Positions 37,945 to 49,301 are shown, numbered from the stretch's first letter. The stretch: 64,000 nt of DNA from an uncultured Fibrobacteraceae bacterium (GCA_964617805.1 CAZTWK010000002.1:20308-84307); one strand, 5' to 3'. Translations and numbers: made by a program. Notes: generated from the letters alone by a model not told the origin.

Positions 37945-40705
37945 GGGCTTCCGCCCAGTTGGCGCCGGTGTGGACGTCCACCACCAAGGGCACGTCGAGG
38001 GGATGCACGCCGGACATGGTGTCGCGCACGAGTTCGCCCACCGCCGCGGCCTCGCCCGCGGGGGCCTCCAGCAGCAGCTCGTCGTGGACCTGGAGCAGGA
38101 GCATGGCCTCCAGCCCGGCCCCGGCCAGGCGCGTCTCCACTTCCAGCATGGCCAGCTTGATCAGGTCGGCCGCGCTGCCCTGGATGGGCGTGTTGACGGC
38201 CACCCGCTCCGAGAAGCTGCGCACGCGGTTGTTGTCGGACAGGATGTCGGGCAGGGCGCGACGGCGGCCGAAGATGGTCTCGGTCGCCCCCGTCTCGCGG
38301 GCGCGCTCCCGGCAGTCGGCGATGTAGGCCTTCACGCCGGGGTAGGTGCGGAAGTAGCCCTCGATGAAATCGGCGGCCTCGCGGGTCTTGATGCCGAGTT
38401 GACGGGCCAGGGCCCGCGCCCCCATGCCGTAGATGACGCCGAAGTTGATGGCCTTGGCCCGGCCCCGCATGCCGGAATCCACGTCCGACTCGTCGACGCC
38501 GCCCACCAGGGCGGCCGTGCGCCGGTGCACGTCGCCGCCGGCGCGGAAGGTCTCGATGAGCGTCGCGTCCCCCGAGAGGTGGGCCAGCAGCCGCAGTTCG
38601 ATCTGGGAGTAGTCGGCCGAGATGATCACGCGCCCCGGGGCGCGGGGCACGAAGGCCCGCCGGATCCGACGTCCCCGCTCGGTGCGGATGGGGATGTTCT
38701 GCAGGTTGGGATCCGAGGACGAGAGTCGCCCCGTGGCGGCCACCGCCTGGTTGAAGGAGGTGTGGATGAGGCCCGAGTCCGGGTTCACCAGCTCCATCAA
38801 ACTGTCGACGTAAGTGCCAAGCAGTTTTGCGAGTTGCCTGTGCTCCAAGACCAGCTCCGGCAGGGGGTGCTGCTCGGCCAGGGCGGTCAGGACCGACACG
38901 TCGGTGCTCCAGCCCGAGGCGGTCTTCTTGGTAGGTTTGAGGCCCAGGTCCTCGAAGAGCACCGTGGCCAGTTGCTGGGGACTCTGCACGTTGAACTCGC
39001 GGCCCGCCTCGGTATGGATCCGGCCCTCCAGGTCCCGTAGCTCCTCGCGGAAGGTGGCGCCCAGCTCCTCCAGGAAGGGTCGGTCCAGGGCGATGCCCCG
39101 TTTCTCCATGGCGTAGAGCACCGCGGTCAGGGGCGTCTCCATGGTCTCGAAGAGGGAGGCCAGGGGCGGCTGCGCGGCGAGCTGCGCCGCGAAGACCTCG
39201 TGGAGCCGCCAGGTGGCGTCGGCGTCCTTGGCGGCGTAGACGGCCAGGCGCTCGGGCGGCACGTCGAGGATGTCCTTGCTGCGGTCGCCGTCCGTGAAGA
39301 GGTCGCCATAGGAGATCATCTCGAGGTCGAGGAGTTCCCGCGCCAGCTCGTCCAGGCCGAAGCGCGGGCGGCCCGGGTCCAGCACGTAGGCCGCCACCAT
39401 GGTGTCGAAGACGCGCTCGCCGAGGGACAAGCCGTGGCGCTCCAGGATCCAGTGGTCGAACTTGAGATTCTGCCCCACCAGCAGCCGGCCGGGATCGGCC
39501 AGGACCGGAGCCAGCAGGGGCGCGATCCAGTCCAGGTGGGAGGTGTCCTCGCCGGGGAAGAGATCGCCCTGGGCGGCGTTCTCACGCTCCAGGACGGGGA
39601 TGTAGACGCCCTCCCCCGGACGCGCGCAGAGGGAGATGCCCACCAGGCGGGCGGTGTCGGGACGCAGGCCGTCGGTCTCGGTGTCCACGGCCAGGGGAGC
39701 GTCGGCCGGCAGGTCGCCCAGGTAGGCCGCGAGGTCCCCGGGCTCGGCGAGGCGGCGGTAGCCGCTGGCCGCGAGATCCCAGCGCGTCTCCTCGGGCGAG
39801 GGCGTGTCCGCCGCGGGCGTCGGCGCCTCCCCCGCCTCGGCGGCGAGCTTGTCGATCAGGGCCAGCACCTGGCGCAGGCCGAGCTCGTCGAGCAGCGCCC
39901 GCACCTCGGGACCCGTGGGCAGGCGCGTGCCCAGGTTCTGCCAGTCGACCTCGATGGGCACGGCCTCGTCGATCCGCACCAGGTCGCGGGAGAGGAAGAC
40001 CTGGCCGCGGTTCTCGCCCAGCACGCGCTCGAGCCGCGGGGTCAGGCCCGCCGACGCGAGGTCCGCGTAGAGGGCGTCCAGGGTGCCGTGCTCGAGGATG
40101 AGCTTGGTGGCCGTCTTGGCGCCCACGCCGGGCGCGCCGGGGATGTTGTCGCTGCTGTCGCCGGAAAGGGCGTAGACGTCGAGCAGGGCGGGCGGTTCGA
40201 GGCCGAACTGGCGGCGCACGTCGTCGGCCGTGAACTCCGACGTCTCGGTGTTGCGGCGGCCCGGTTTGAGCATGCCGGTGCGCGCGTCCAGCAGTTGCAT
40301 GAAATCCTTGTCGCCGGTGTAGAACCAGACCTGGTCGGTCACATCCGTGGAGGCCCTGGCGAGGGTGGCCATGATGTCGTCGGCCTCGTAGCCGGCGAGG
40401 CTCAGCACGGGCACGCCCCAGGCGGCGAGCAGCTCGTGCAGGCGGGGCAGCTGGGCCGCCAGCTCTTCTGGCATAGGTTTGCGGTTGGCCTTGTACTCCG
40501 GATACATGTCGTGGCGGAAGACCTTGCCCTTGACGTCGAAGACCACCACCAGCTGCTCTGGTTTGCGCTCGTCGATCAGGCGCAGCAGGCTGTTGAAGAA
40601 GCCGAAGACCACCGAGGTGGTCTCGCCGCCGGGCGCTGTGAGGGGGCGCTTGATGAAGGCGTAGTGGGCGCGGTAGACCAGGGCCGAGCCGTCCACCAGG
40701 ATCAT
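37937..40705 (-). CDS. polA: DNA polymerase I
   Basis: MILVDGSALVYRAHY, YKANR, DTET exonuclease motif, GRLSSSDPNLQNIP, ADYSQIELR, KAINFGVIYG, QVHDEL. Confidence 0.97.
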   Translation of the reverse strand: MILVDGSALVYRAHYAFIKRPLTAPGGETTSVVFGFFNSLLRLIDERKPEQLVVVFDVKGKVFRHDMYPEYKANRKPMPEELAAQLPRLHELLAAWGVPVLSLAGYEADDIMATLARASTDVTDQVWFYTGDKDFMQLLDARTGMLKPGRRNTETSEFTADDVRRQFGLEPPALLDVYALSGDSSDNIPGAPGVGAKTATKLILEHGTLDALYADLASAGLTPRLERVLGENRGQVFLSRDLVRIDEAVPIEVDWQNLGTRLPTGPEVRALLDELGLRQVLALIDKLAAEAGEAPTPAADTPSPEETRWDLAASGYRRLAEPGDLAAYLGDLPADAPLAVDTETDGLRPDTARLVGISLCARPGEGVYIPVLERENAAQGDLFPGEDTSHLDWIAPLLAPVLADPGRLLVGQNLKFDHWILERHGLSLGERVFDTMVAAYVLDPGRPRFGLDELARELLDLEMISYGDLFTDGDRSKDILDVPPERLAVYAAKDADATWRLHEVFAAQLAAQPPLASLFETMETPLTAVLYAMEKRGIALDRPFLEELGATFREELRDLEGRIHTEAGREFNVQSPQQLATVLFEDLGLKPTKKTASGWSTDVSVLTALAEQHPLPELVLEHRQLAKLLGTYVDSLMELVNPDSGLIHTSFNQAVAATGRLSSSDPNLQNIPIRTERGRRIRRAFVPRAPGRVIISADYSQIELRLLAHLSGDATLIETFRAGGDVHRRTAALVGGVDESDVDSGMRGRAKAINFGVIYGMGARALARQLGIKTREAADFIEGYFRTYPGVKAYIADCRERARETGATETIFGRRRALPDILSDNNRVRSFSERVAVNTPIQGSAADLIKLAMLEVETRLAGAGLEAMLLLQVHDELLLEAPAGEAAAVGELVRDTMSGVHPLDVPLVVDVHTGANWAEAHD

Positions 40706-41298
40706 CGACACGGCGCACCTCCTCCGCCGTCGGCGTAGAGGCCGTGGTCGCGGATGTAATCCAGGACCGGCGCCGGCACCAGGTCTTCGGCCGCCTCCCC
40801 GGCGGCCAGGCGGCGGCGTACATCCGACGATGAGACCGTCACCCGGAAGTCCTCCAGCAGGCTCACGGGCGGGCGCAGGCTCGCGGGATCGGGGTCGCTG
40901 CCCTCCCGGGGAAAGACCAGCACCCGGGCGAGTTCCAGGACGCGGTCGGGATCGCGCCAGGCCCGGAAATCGCACCAGGCGTCCGAGCCCACCACCAGCA
41001 GCCAGTCGTCGTCGGGATGGAGTCTTGCCAGCTCGGCGAGGGTGTCCACCGTGTAGCTCGGTCCGGGACGCCGCAGCTCGAGGTCCATGACCGTGACCTC
41101 GGCCCGGCCGCCCGCGCCGAGCAGCGCCATGGCCTCGCGGTGCCGGCCGTCGGCCACGGGCTGTGTCTTGCCCGGCGAGAGGGTCGCCGGCATCAGCACG
41201 ATGCGGTCGCAGAGGTCGCGGTCCTGGAGCGCCCTGACGACGGCGAGGTGTCCGTTGTGGAACGGATCGAAGGAGCCGCCGAAGAGCGCCCGTCTCAT
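40702..41298 (-). CDS. nadD: Nicotinate-nucleotide adenylyltransferase
   Basis: FGGSFDPFHNGH, SYTVDTL, VGSD, VSSSDVR. Confidence 0.92.
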   Translation of the reverse strand: MRRALFGGSFDPFHNGHLAVVRALQDRDLCDRIVLMPATLSPGKTQPVADGRHREAMALLGAGGRAEVTVMDLELRRPGPSYTVDTLAELARLHPDDDWLLVVGSDAWCDFRAWRDPDRVLELARVLVFPREGSDPDPASLRPPVSLLEDFRVTVSSSDVRRRLAAGEAAEDLVPAPVLDYIRDHGLYADGGGGAPCR

Positions 41299-42068
41299 GG
41301 TCCGCTCGCGGTCGGGAGGTCGGCCAGCAGATCGTTCGCGCGCGCGGCGTCGTCGGTATCCGGGTACTCGGTCGCGATGCGGCCGCAGAGGTCGCGGGCG
41401 GTGCCCGGGTCTTCCATCTCCCAGGCCAGGCGGGCCCGGCGCAGCATGACGTCGGAGCGCAGCCGGCTCGCCGGTTCCTGCTCGATGAGGCGATCCAGGG
41501 TGATGGCCATGGCGTCGCGCTTGCCCAGCCGCCTGTAGACCGCGAGCTGGTCGAGACGCTTGCGCACGATCAGGTCGCTGATCTCCACCAGGTGATGCCG
41601 CGCCTCCGGCACCAGGGAGGAAGCGGGATAGGCGTTCATGAAGGCGTCGAAGCGGAGACGCGCGTCGTAGGCGGGCGAGATGTCGCGCTCGGTCCGCCCC
41701 ACCTGCAGGTAATAGGCGCGGGCCTCCTCGAAGACGGCCTGCTCCACCAGCGGACTGGTCGGGTACTCCTGGCGCAGGATCTGCAACTCCACGGCGGCCA
41801 GGGGGTACTCCTCCTCGGAGATGTAGCTCAACGCCTTCTCGAACTGGGCCAGGGCCGCCAGCGAGTCGGTGGGGCTGCGCCGCAGGAAGGCGGCGTAGGC
41901 GTCGATGGCTTCCCGGTGCTTGCCGTGCTCGCGATAGGCGGCCGCGCGTTCGTAGGATCCCGGCGGGTGGGGATTGTGGGCGCCGCAGCCGATCAGTCCG
42001 GCCGCCAGCAGCAGCACGGCCGCGAGGACGGGGGCGAGAACTCGCCGGGGGGGGATTCTTTCAGTCAA
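41295..42068 (-). CDS. bamD: Outer membrane assembly lipoprotein BamD-like (TPR)
   Basis: TTG start with GGAGG, lipobox LIGC, TPR repeats, ERDISPAYDA..F..F...YP.S. Confidence 0.78.
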   Translation of the reverse strand: MTERIPPRRVLAPVLAAVLLLAAGLIGCGAHNPHPPGSYERAAAYREHGKHREAIDAYAAFLRRSPTDSLAALAQFEKALSYISEEEYPLAAVELQILRQEYPTSPLVEQAVFEEARAYYLQVGRTERDISPAYDARLRFDAFMNAYPASSLVPEARHHLVEISDLIVRKRLDQLAVYRRLGKRDAMAITLDRLIEQEPASRLRSDVMLRRARLAWEMEDPGTARDLCGRIATEYPDTDDAARANDLLADLPTASGP

Positions 42069-42106
42069 GGCACACCTCCGGCGCCGGGTATGAAACGGCG
42101 CCACGA

Positions 42107-42802
42107 TCAGTTGCCGGTGTTCGCGAAGTAGATGGCCACCAGGCCCGTCAGGGCGCCGATCACCACCAGTTCCTCCATGATGGTCCGGATGCCGCCCTCG
42201 GCCGGGTCGGCGAACGTGAAGGCGTAGGTCGTCGCCTCGACGCTGTCCAGGTGCCCCGCGGGCACGCGGTCGTTGAAGCGGCGTTCGACGCGGTCGTCCA
42301 GGAGCAGGCGCCCGGTGGCCAGCTCGACGACGGCGACCAGGGTGCTCACCTCCAGCTCGCGGTCGATCCAGTTGCGCCACAATCCGAAGCGGCGCCCCAC
42401 GGCGGGATAGTCCAGCTGGCAGGTCTCGAGCTGGTAGCGGATCTCGTAGTCGGTCTCGACGGGCGTGATGGGCGCGTCGGCATCGCTGTCGTCGGTCTCG
42501 TCGAGATAGGCCCGGTGCCCGGCGTCCTGCAGGGCCGCGTAGAGGGCCGTCTCCAGCAGCGGCTGGGCGTCGTGGGACCCACGGGCGCGCAGGGAGACCC
42601 GGCGGCCCGATCCGGGGACCGCCGCGACGACCTCGCGGGCGACGTCCGTGAACAGGGCCCGGGCCACCCAAAGGTTGGTGCGGACCGTGTCCGCCGCCGC
42701 CGGCGCGAAGGCGGGCGTGTCCGACGGGACGTCGGCGTCCTGGGCCGCCGCACAGGCGGACAGGGCCAGGAGCAGGCAGGCAAGCGCGAGGCTGATACGC
42801 AT
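42107..42802 (-). CDS. Hypothetical exported protein/lipoprotein with C-terminal hydrophobic helix
   Basis: LALSAC lipobox-like signal; C-terminal EELVVIGALTGLVAIYF. Confidence 0.75.
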   Translation of the reverse strand: MRISLALACLLLALSACAAAQDADVPSDTPAFAPAAADTVRTNLWVARALFTDVAREVVAAVPGSGRRVSLRARGSHDAQPLLETALYAALQDAGHRAYLDETDDSDADAPITPVETDYEIRYQLETCQLDYPAVGRRFGLWRNWIDRELEVSTLVAVVELATGRLLLDDRVERRFNDRVPAGHLDSVEATTYAFTFADPAEGGIRTIMEELVVIGALTGLVAIYFANTGN

Positions 42803-42818
42803 CTCGGGGTCCTTCCGG

Positions 42819-44243
42819 TCAGCCGTCCTCGGGCAGCGGCTGGGACAGGGTATCGTAGGGCGTCACCGCCACGGTGCGGGCCCGCACCCAGCGTCCGGGG
42901 GCCAGTCCCCGCGCCGGCATCAGGATCACGCCGTCGACGTCGTAGGCCTGGGCGCTCCCGCGGGCCACCGCCACCGTGCCACCCGTGAGCAAACGCTCGG
43001 GGGACGGGGACGGTTCCGCCTCTTGCTCGATTCGTGCGGCGTCGTCGCCGCAGAGGTCGTCGGCCAGTTCGCGCCAGTCGCCGGCTTCGGCGATCTCGTC
43101 GACCACGACCTCCTCGACGCGGCCGAGCCGGGCGCTCTGGCGCTCCAGCGAGATGTCGCGCTGGAGGTCCAGCAGGCGGGCCTCGCGGTCGGCGACCTCC
43201 TCGGGATCGGGCGCGTCGTCGAAGGTCGCGCCGGCCGTGCCCGCCTCAGGAGAATAACGGTAGGTTCCCACGTGGTCAAACCGGATACGCGCCAGGAAGT
43301 CGGCGGCGAGTTCCACGTCCTCCTCCTCCTCCCCCGGGAAACCCAGCAGGAGGGTCGTGCGCAGGACCAGGCCGGGCCGCTCGTCGCGCAGGCCGAGGAA
43401 GGAACGTTCCAGGGCCGCCACGTCGAAGGGGCGGTTCATGCGCTTCAGCACGCGCGGCGAGGCGTGCTGCACGGGCATGTCCACGTAGGGGACGATCCCG
43501 GGCGCGTCCAGGACGCGCCGGAAGCGATCCTCGCGGATCAGACCCGGGTAGAGATAGTGCAGGCGCACGCGCCGCAGCCCCTCGACACCGCCGAGACCCT
43601 CGGCCAGGTCCAGCAGGTCCTCGCCGCTGCCCCGCCCGTAGTCGCTGGTGTTCTGGGAGACGAGCATGATCTCGCCGACGCCGCGCGCGGCCAGGCGCGT
43701 GGCCTCGTCGACGATCTCCGCCACCGGACGCGAGCGTTGGTCGCCCCGGATCAGGGGGATGCGGCAGAAGGCGCACCGGAAGTTGCAGCCCTCGCTGATC
43801 TTGACGAAGGCGAGGTGGGGCGGCGTCAGCAGGGGCCGGTCCGCCAGGCCGTCGTAGCGCGCGTCGTCGGGCCGGCCGATGGGCACGCGGTCCGCGCGCG
43901 CGTCCAGGGCCTCGAGGATCCGCTCGAAGTTGCCCACGCCGCTCACGAGGTCGATCTGCGGGAAACGCTCGCGCAGGGCGTCGCCCTGCTCCTGGGACAG
44001 GCAGCCGGTCACCACCAGGGTGCGGTCCCCCTTGCGGTCGCAGAGATCGGCGATGGCCTCGTAGCTGTCCAGGCGGGCGGCCTCGATGAAGCTGCAGGTG
44101 TTGACGACGAGGACGTCGGCGGCGTCCGGATCGTCGGTGAGGACCGTGCCGCGCGCGGCGAAGCACCCCAGCAGGGCCTCGGAGTCGACGAGGTTCTTGT
44201 CGCAGCCGAGGGTGGCGATGAAGACGGAGCGGCGTCCCGTCAC
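42819..44243 (-). CDS. rimO: Ribosomal protein S12 methylthiotransferase
   Basis: TLGCDKNLVDSE, VNTCSFI, KISEGCNFRCAFC.IP, GFPGE; GTG start overlaps the ftsK stop. Confidence 0.93.
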   Translation of the reverse strand: MTGRRSVFIATLGCDKNLVDSEALLGCFAARGTVLTDDPDAADVLVVNTCSFIEAARLDSYEAIADLCDRKGDRTLVVTGCLSQEQGDALRERFPQIDLVSGVGNFERILEALDARADRVPIGRPDDARYDGLADRPLLTPPHLAFVKISEGCNFRCAFCRIPLIRGDQRSRPVAEIVDEATRLAARGVGEIMLVSQNTSDYGRGSGEDLLDLAEGLGGVEGLRRVRLHYLYPGLIREDRFRRVLDAPGIVPYVDMPVQHASPRVLKRMNRPFDVAALERSFLGLRDERPGLVLRTTLLLGFPGEEEEDVELAADFLARIRFDHVGTYRYSPEAGTAGATFDDAPDPEEVADREARLLDLQRDISLERQSARLGRVEEVVVDEIAEAGDWRELADDLCGDDAARIEQEAEPSPSPERLLTGGTVAVARGSAQAYDVDGVILMPARGLAPGRWVRARTVAVTPYDTLSQPLPEDG

Positions 44244-46678
44244 GGGAGGTCTTCCCCGTCCGCGGCCTCGAGGGCGTCGAGCACGTCGGGCTTCATCAGC
44301 ACCTCGCGGGCCTTGCTGCCGATGAAGGGGCCCACCACGCCCGCCTGCTCCAGCAGGTCCATCAGGCGGCCCGCGCGGGCGTAGCCCACCTGCAGTTTGC
44401 GCTGGAGCATGGACGTGGACCCGTGCTGCGACAGCACGACGATCTCCCGCGCGCGCTCGAAGAGGGGATCCGCCTCCAGCTCGATGCCCGAGAGGTCGTC
44501 CCGCTCCTCGGCCAGGGCGATGTGCCGGGTCGTGTCGCTGTAGGCGCGCCAGTGGGCGGCGATGGCCTCGCATTCGACCACGTCCAGGAAGGCCCCGTGC
44601 AGTCGGATGGGCTGGGCGCGCCCGGGCTGCAGGTAGAGCATGTCCCCCTTGCCCAGGAGCTTCTCGGCCCCGTTGGCGTCGAGGATGGTGCGCGAGTCGT
44701 TCTTCTGGATCACGCGGAAGGCGATCCGGCAGGGGACGTTGGCCTTGATGACGCCCGTGAGCACGTCCACGCTCGGTCGCTGCGTCGCCAGCACCAGGTG
44801 GATGCCCACCGCACGCGCCTTCTGGGCCAGCCGCGTGATGGGCAGCTCGATCTCCTGGCCGAGCTGGACCATCAGGTCGGCCAACTCGTCCACGATGCAC
44901 AGGTAGTAGGGCATGGGCTCGGTGACCGCCTCGCCGTCGTCGCCCACGACCAGCCCCGCCGCCACCTTCTGGTTGTAGCCCTCGATGTTGCGCACGCTGT
45001 GCCGCGAGAGCCGCCGGTAGCGGTGGTCCATCTGCGCCTCCATCCACTTCAGCGCGCGCAGGGCCTCCTTGGGATCGGTCACCACGGGCGTCAGCAGGTG
45101 GGGCACGTCGTTGTAGACGTTCAGCTCGAGCATCTTGGGATCGATCAGCAGGAAGCGCACGGTGGAGGGATCGCAGCGCAGCAGCAGCGAACAGATCATG
45201 GCGTTGATGCAGACGCTCTTGCCGCTGCCCGTGGAACCGGCCACCAGCAAGTGCGGCTGGTCCGCCAGGTCGATGGACACCGGATCGCCGAAGACGTCGC
45301 GGCCCAGCACCACGCTCAGGGGCTTCTCGAGCTGGCCGTCGGCGAGGGTGAAGACCTCCTTCATGGACACGATTTCCTGGATGGGATTCGGGATCTCGAT
45401 GCCCACGGCGGCCTTGCCCGGAATGGGCGCCTCCATGCGGATCGAGCGCGCCTTCATGGCCAGGGCCAGGTCGTCCGAGCGCTGCACGATGGCGTTGACC
45501 TTGATGCCCGAGGCGGGTTGGTACTCGAAGGTGGTCACCACCGGACCCGGCCGCACGTCCTTGACGGTGCCCTCGACGCCGAAGGAACGCAGGGTGGCCT
45601 CCAGCAGGTCGGCCGAGGCGTGGAGGTCGTCGGTGGTGACCTGCGCCACGGCGGCGGGGGGTTCGTGAAGCAGCGAGAGGTCGGGCAGGGGGATGGCGGC
45701 GCCGGGCTCCACCAGGCCGCCGTCCTCCTCGGGGAACTCGCCCTCGGCGGCCGGCGCGCCGCGCACGGCGGTGCTGACCGAGCCGCCGCCGCGGGTGTTG
45801 CGCGTGACCACGGTCGTGTCGGGTTCCGTCGTCTCGCCGGTCGCGGAGGTGGCCGGCTCGGGCGCCGGATCCCTCCTGTGCACCTTGCGCGGAGCGGCAG
45901 GCAGGGCCTGTTCGGCGCGCACCGCGGGGGACGCCGCGACGGGCTCGGCGCCCACGGGTTCGTCCTGCCGGCGCTTGTCGCGCCAGCGGGCCATGTCGCC
46001 GCCGACGCCGCGCCACAGGGTCCACAGCCCCTTGATCGCACGCACGGGCAGGGCCAGCAGCCACCAGGCGGCCCGGCCGACGGCGGCGAAGAAAGCCCCC
46101 ACGGCCGCGGCCAGCGGCGCCAGGCCGTCCAGCAGCGATCCCAGCCAGGGGCGCGCCACCAGCAGCAGGGCCGAGAGCACGAAGAAGGTCAGGAAGATCA
46201 GGCCGCCCCAGCGCCCGAAGAGGGTGTGGAAGCCGCTGGCCAGGTACCAGCCCGCGGCACCGCCCCAGCGTGCCGCCTGGTCGGTGGCCAGGGGCCACAC
46301 GGGCTGGGCGAGCCAGGCGGCCGAGGCCAGCCAGAGGGGCAGCAGCCGCCCGCCCATGGGCAGCAGGGGCGACTGTCCGCGCAGCAGGAGCCGCGCGCCG
46401 CGCCACAGGAACCAGGCGGGCACGGCCCAGCACCAGAGCAGGCCGCAGAGGACCCGGCAGGCGAAGGCGAGGCCCGAGCCGACCGGTCCACCGGGATGGT
46501 CGAACCTGAAGAGGTCCTCGGTGGGGCCTCCGGCCAGCACGTCGCCCCAGTGGGGGCCGGCGCCGGTCAGGGCCAGGATGGTGTAGAGTCCGAGCGCGAG
46601 GTGCAGCAGGCCGCCCAGGCGGGGCGACTGCCACCAGCCGGTATTCGTCTTGCCCTTAGGCTTCTTCCGCGATGACAC
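44240..46678 (-). CDS. ftsK: DNA translocase FtsK
   Basis: N-terminal TMs, [37 protein letters not shown], gamma domain [14 protein letters not shown]. Confidence 0.95.
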   Translation of the reverse strand: MSSRKKPKGKTNTGWWQSPRLGGLLHLALGLYTILALTGAGPHWGDVLAGGPTEDLFRFDHPGGPVGSGLAFACRVLCGLLWCWAVPAWFLWRGARLLLRGQSPLLPMGGRLLPLWLASAAWLAQPVWPLATDQAARWGGAAGWYLASGFHTLFGRWGGLIFLTFFVLSALLLVARPWLGSLLDGLAPLAAAVGAFFAAVGRAAWWLLALPVRAIKGLWTLWRGVGGDMARWRDKRRQDEPVGAEPVAASPAVRAEQALPAAPRKVHRRDPAPEPATSATGETTEPDTTVVTRNTRGGGSVSTAVRGAPAAEGEFPEEDGGLVEPGAAIPLPDLSLLHEPPAAVAQVTTDDLHASADLLEATLRSFGVEGTVKDVRPGPVVTTFEYQPASGIKVNAIVQRSDDLALAMKARSIRMEAPIPGKAAVGIEIPNPIQEIVSMKEVFTLADGQLEKPLSVVLGRDVFGDPVSIDLADQPHLLVAGSTGSGKSVCINAMICSLLLRCDPSTVRFLLIDPKMLELNVYNDVPHLLTPVVTDPKEALRALKWMEAQMDHRYRRLSRHSVRNIEGYNQKVAAGLVVGDDGEAVTEPMPYYLCIVDELADLMVQLGQEIELPITRLAQKARAVGIHLVLATQRPSVDVLTGVIKANVPCRIAFRVIQKNDSRTILDANGAEKLLGKGDMLYLQPGRAQPIRLHGAFLDVVECEAIAAHWRAYSDTTRHIALAEERDDLSGIELEADPLFERAREIVVLSQHGSTSMLQRKLQVGYARAGRLMDLLEQAGVVGPFIGSKAREVLMKPDVLDALEAADGEDLP

Positions 46679-48041
46679 GAGCTTCGATCGCCTCCTTGAG
46701 ACCGTCCATCTCGCGATCCAGGAACTTGGTGGTGGCCTCGCCCCGCCGGAACGTGTCGTTCCGCAGGACTTCCAGGTGGAAGGGAATGGACGTGGGCACG
46801 CCCTCGATCACGCATTCCTCCAGCGCCCGCTGCATGCGCAGCAGCGCCTCCTCCCGGTCCCGTCCATGGGTGATGATCTTGGCCAGCAGGGAATCGTAGT
46901 AGGGGGGCACGCCGTACTCGGAGTAGACGTGGCTGTCCACGCGCACCCCGGGGCCGCCGGGCGCGTGGAAGAAGAAGATGCGCCCGGGGCAGGGCATGAA
47001 GTCCCGCGCCGGATTCTCGGCGTTGATGCGGCACTCGACGGCGTGTCCCTGGATCACGACGTCGTCCTGGACGAAGTCGAGGGGCTGGCCGGCAGCCACG
47101 GCGATCTGGTACTTCAACAGGTCGATGCCCGTGACCATCTCGGTGACCGGGTGCTCGACCTGTATGCGGGTGTTCATCTCCATGAAGTAGAAGGAGCCGT
47201 CCTCGTCCAGCAGGAACTCGACGGTGCCGGCCGAGTCGTAGCCCACCACCGAGGCCAGCTTGACCGCGGCCTCCCCCATCCGGCAGCGCAGATCCTCGTC
47301 CACGGCGGGCGAGGGCGCCTCCTCGATGAGCTTCTGCAGGCGGCGCTGTACCGAGCAGTCGCGCTCGCCCAGGTAGACCGCGTGGCCGTGCTTGTCACCG
47401 AGGACCTGGATCTCCACGTGCCTCGGGTTCTGCAGGAACTTCTCGACGTAAACTCCATCGTTGCCGAACGATGCGCCGGCCTCGGAACGGGCCGTGACGT
47501 AGCCGGCGCGGAGATCCGCCACATCGTGCGCCACGCGCAGGCCCTTGCCGCCGCCGCCGGCGGTGGCCTTGATGATCACGGGGTAGCCGATCTCCGCGGC
47601 GAAGGCCTCGGCCTCCTCCACGGTATCGATGAGCCCGGGGCTGCCGGGCACCGTGGGCACGCCCGCCTCGCGGGCCGTCTCGCGGGCGACGGCCTTGTCG
47701 CCCATGCGGCGGATGACCTCCCCCGGCGGACCGATCCAGGTGAAGCGGTCCTCGGCGCAGATCTCGGCGAACTCGGCGTTTTCGGCCAGGAAGCCGTAGC
47801 CGGGATGGATGGCGTCGGCACCGGTGATCTCGGCGGCGGCGATGATGTTGGGGATGTTGAGGTAGCTCTCGCTGCTCTGCTTCTTACCCACGCACACCGA
47901 CTCCTCGGCGTACTTGACGTGCAGGGATTCCGCGTCGGCGCTCGAGTGCACCGCCACGCAGGAGATGCCCATCTCGCGGCAGGCCCGCATGATGCGCAGC
48001 GCGATCTCGCCGCGATTGGCTATGAGGATCTTCTTGAACAT
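46656..48041 (-). CDS. accC: Acetyl-CoA carboxylase biotin carboxylase
   Basis: [52 protein letters not shown]. Confidence 0.95.
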   Translation of the reverse strand: MFKKILIANRGEIALRIMRACREMGISCVAVHSSADAESLHVKYAEESVCVGKKQSSESYLNIPNIIAAAEITGADAIHPGYGFLAENAEFAEICAEDRFTWIGPPGEVIRRMGDKAVARETAREAGVPTVPGSPGLIDTVEEAEAFAAEIGYPVIIKATAGGGGKGLRVAHDVADLRAGYVTARSEAGASFGNDGVYVEKFLQNPRHVEIQVLGDKHGHAVYLGERDCSVQRRLQKLIEEAPSPAVDEDLRCRMGEAAVKLASVVGYDSAGTVEFLLDEDGSFYFMEMNTRIQVEHPVTEMVTGIDLLKYQIAVAAGQPLDFVQDDVVIQGHAVECRINAENPARDFMPCPGRIFFFHAPGGPGVRVDSHVYSEYGVPPYYDSLLAKIITHGRDREEALLRMQRALEECVIEGVPTSIPFHLEVLRNDTFRRGEATTKFLDREMDGLKEAIEARVIAEEA

Positions 48042-48092
48042 CAATTACTCCCAGGTAACAGCATCGGGAATGCCGAGGCGATCCATGCTGGC

Positions 48093-48121
48093 ATTGTCCG
48101 CCGCCGGGCGGGAAATGGCAA
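48093..48121 (-). promoter_or_regulatory. Internal sigma70 promoter candidate for accC
   Basis: TTGCCA-N17-GACAAT in the accB-accC gap. Confidence 0.5.
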
Positions 48122-48142
48122 GCCCCAACCACGTCGTACAGG

Positions 48143-48170
48143 GACGCGCTCCCCTTGCGAAGAGCGCGTC
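48143..48170 (-). terminator. Stem-loop after accB (GNRA loop, no U-tract)
   Basis: Minus strand GACGCGCTC-TTC-GCAA-GGG-GAGCGCGTC. Confidence 0.45.
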
Positions 48171-48190
48171 AGGACTGGATTCCTCTGCGG

Positions 48191-48640
48191 TCAGGCGGGT
48201 TCCACGAGGAAGAGGACCGCCTCGGCCTCGCAGGGGCTGGCGTTCTCCACGGAGATCTCCTTGATCACGCCGCCGAACTCGGCCTCGATCTCGTTCATGA
48301 CCTTCATGGCCTCGATGATGCAGAGCGTCTGCCCCGGCGAGATGGCGTCGCCCACGTTGACGAAGTCGGGCGACTCGGGGGATGGCGCACGGTAGAAGGT
48401 GCCCACGATGGGCGACCGGATCTCCTTCCACTTGGCCCGCTCGGGATTCTCGGCGGGCGCCGCCGCGGCCTCGGGGGCGGCCGGCACCGGCATCGGCGCG
48501 GCGGGCACGGTCGCGGCCACGGCCGGTTGCGCGGCGTGCTTCTGGATCCGGATGGTCGTGTCGTCGCTCGAGACTTCCAGCTCGTCGATCAGGCTCTCCT
48601 CGACCAGCTTGACCAGTTCGCGAACCTTGTCGAGATCCAT
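48191..48640 (-). CDS. accB: Biotin carboxyl carrier protein
   Basis: [24 protein letters not shown]. Confidence 0.95.
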   Translation of the reverse strand: MDLDKVRELVKLVEESLIDELEVSSDDTTIRIQKHAAQPAVAATVPAAPMPVPAAPEAAAAPAENPERAKWKEIRSPIVGTFYRAPSPESPDFVNVGDAISPGQTLCIIEAMKVMNEIEAEFGGVIKEISVENASPCEAEAVLFLVEPA

Positions 48641-48665
48641 GGTGTCGTCCCTTCCGGTACGGGTC

Positions 48666-49223
48666 CTAGCCGCGTCCCAGGTACTTGCCCGTGCGGGTAT
48701 CGATCTTGAGCACTTCGCCCTCTTCGATGAACAGCGGCACCAGCACGACCAGGCCCGTCTCCATGGTCGCGGGCTTGGTGCCGCCCTGGGCGGTGTCGCC
48801 GCGGACGCCGGGATCGGTCTTGGCGACCTGCAGCTCGACCGTCTGCGGCGGTTCGACGGTCAGGGGATTGCCCTCCTGCAGGAGCATGCTGACGGTTTCG
48901 CTCTCCTTGACGTACTTGGCCAGGTCGCCGAGCGTGTCGGTGGGCAGCGAGATCTGTTCATAGGTCTCCAGGTTCATGAAGGTCATGAACTCGCCGTCCA
49001 CGTAGAGGAACTGGTAGTCCCGGCGCTCGAGACGTACCTCCTCCACCTTCTCCCCGGCCCGGAACGTCTCGTCGACGACCTTGCCGGACTTGATGGCCTT
49101 GAGCTTGGTCCGCACGAAGGCCGGCCCCTTGCCGGGCTTCACGTGCTGGAACTCGACGATGGCCCAGAGGTTGTTCTTGTGGCTGAGCACCATGCCGGTG
49201 CGGAAATCGCTCGTATCTGCCAA
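48666..49223 (-). CDS. efp: Elongation factor P
   Basis: [33 protein letters not shown]; TTG start inferred. Confidence 0.95.
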   Translation of the reverse strand: MADTSDFRTGMVLSHKNNLWAIVEFQHVKPGKGPAFVRTKLKAIKSGKVVDETFRAGEKVEEVRLERRDYQFLYVDGEFMTFMNLETYEQISLPTDTLGDLAKYVKESETVSMLLQEGNPLTVEPPQTVELQVAKTDPGVRGDTAQGGTKPATMETGLVVLVPLFIEEGEVLKIDTRTGKYLGRG

Positions 49224-49301
49224 GTCTGCCTCGCTTGTTGCTGTCCGGCTTCCGAGAACGCCAATTGATAACACGACGCGGGGGTCTTGGCAATGCCGGG
49301 C

